Below, in pieces: positions 63,542-64,000 of a stretch of DNA of 64,000 nt. Each line of letters starts with the position of its first letter. Positions within the stretch are counted from its first letter, which is position 1. The notes beneath the pieces were generated by a model. The model searched no databases. It was not told the origin of the DNA and saw only the letters and a list, made by a program, of their open reading frames with translations. Made by a program: the position numbers and the translations under genes. The stretch is from Malacoraja senta (Eukaryota), in assembly GCA_038087875.1 (NCBI GenBank), contig CM075980.1, positions 10,230,001 through 10,294,000 of the forward strand, written 5' to 3'.

Positions 63542-63883
63542 ACTTAAGCGCGGCAGTTACAGTAAGTCAGCCGCCTTCGATGTCCACCTCCACGGGACAG
63601 AAAATACAAATATCCTGCACCATATCGGGTTCCAGTTCAGGCGCTAACTATGTCTCCTGGTACCAACAGATTCCTGGCAAAACTCCCAAGTATCTATTCT
63701 GCTATTATTCCGGCACCACTTATAAAGGCACGGACATTCCAGACCGTTTTTCCGTCTCGGTGTCAGGCAGTTCTGTAATATTCGCAATATCTAGCGTTCA
63801 ATCGGTGGATGCTGCCGACTATTACTGTGCCAAATGGGATAGTGGTTTACATTTCGGCAAAGGAACGAGGCTGGGTATTGGCA
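63542..63883 (+). CDS. IGL: Ig light chain cluster 3, germline-joined VJ exon (C exon lies beyond the window)
   Basis: Intact acceptor, open frame and a|gtaagt donor. 342 nt (3-nt deletion in CDR2). Same junction sequence as clusters 1 and 2. Confidence 0.95.
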
Positions 63884-64000
63884 GTAAGTAAAATATATTC
63901 TTCGGACAGAGCGCTGTTTTCTTTTTATTTTAATGCAGATATTGCTTGAAACTAATGTATATAATGCGACGAAAATAATGTATATAATTGTTTTCGCTGA

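Larger units (their letters stand above)
45761..64000 (+). repeat. Tandem unit C, an older and more diverged paralogue truncated by the window end
   Basis: 48001 onward aligns to 521 onward. It has the same order of Penelope-like, CR1, SINE and Ig segments, with more substitutions and a unit-specific 6-kb L1. Confidence 0.85.

Overview
Eukaryotic genomic DNA, inferred to come from a cartilaginous fish (probably a skate or ray, judging from the repeat content and Ig isotype). The window is a head-to-tail tandem array of three ~24-29 kb units. Each unit carries one immunoglobulin light-chain minicluster (leader exon, intron, already-fused VJ exon, intron, C exon) of the shark/skate lambda (type II)-like class. 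Clusters 1 (10050-12470) and 2 (34263-36675) are complete, spliceable 240-aa reading frames. Cluster 3 (63373-63883) is cut by the window end before its C exon. V and J are joined in the germline, no recombination signal sequences are present, and the V-J junction (CAKWDSGLHF) is nucleotide-identical in all three copies. The V domain has an unusually long CDR2, and that is where copy 3 has diverged. The remaining sequence is mostly decayed transposons: CR1, Penelope-like, Rex1/Babar-like, two L1 families, Tc1 and SINEs. Their presence or absence, target-site duplications and repair scars let the history of the array be reconstructed, including a likely unequal-crossover breakpoint near 21.5/45.8 kb. 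Almost all short ORFs in the supplied track are TE fragments or antisense noise. All counts are by-eye comparisons and repeat boundaries are approximate.
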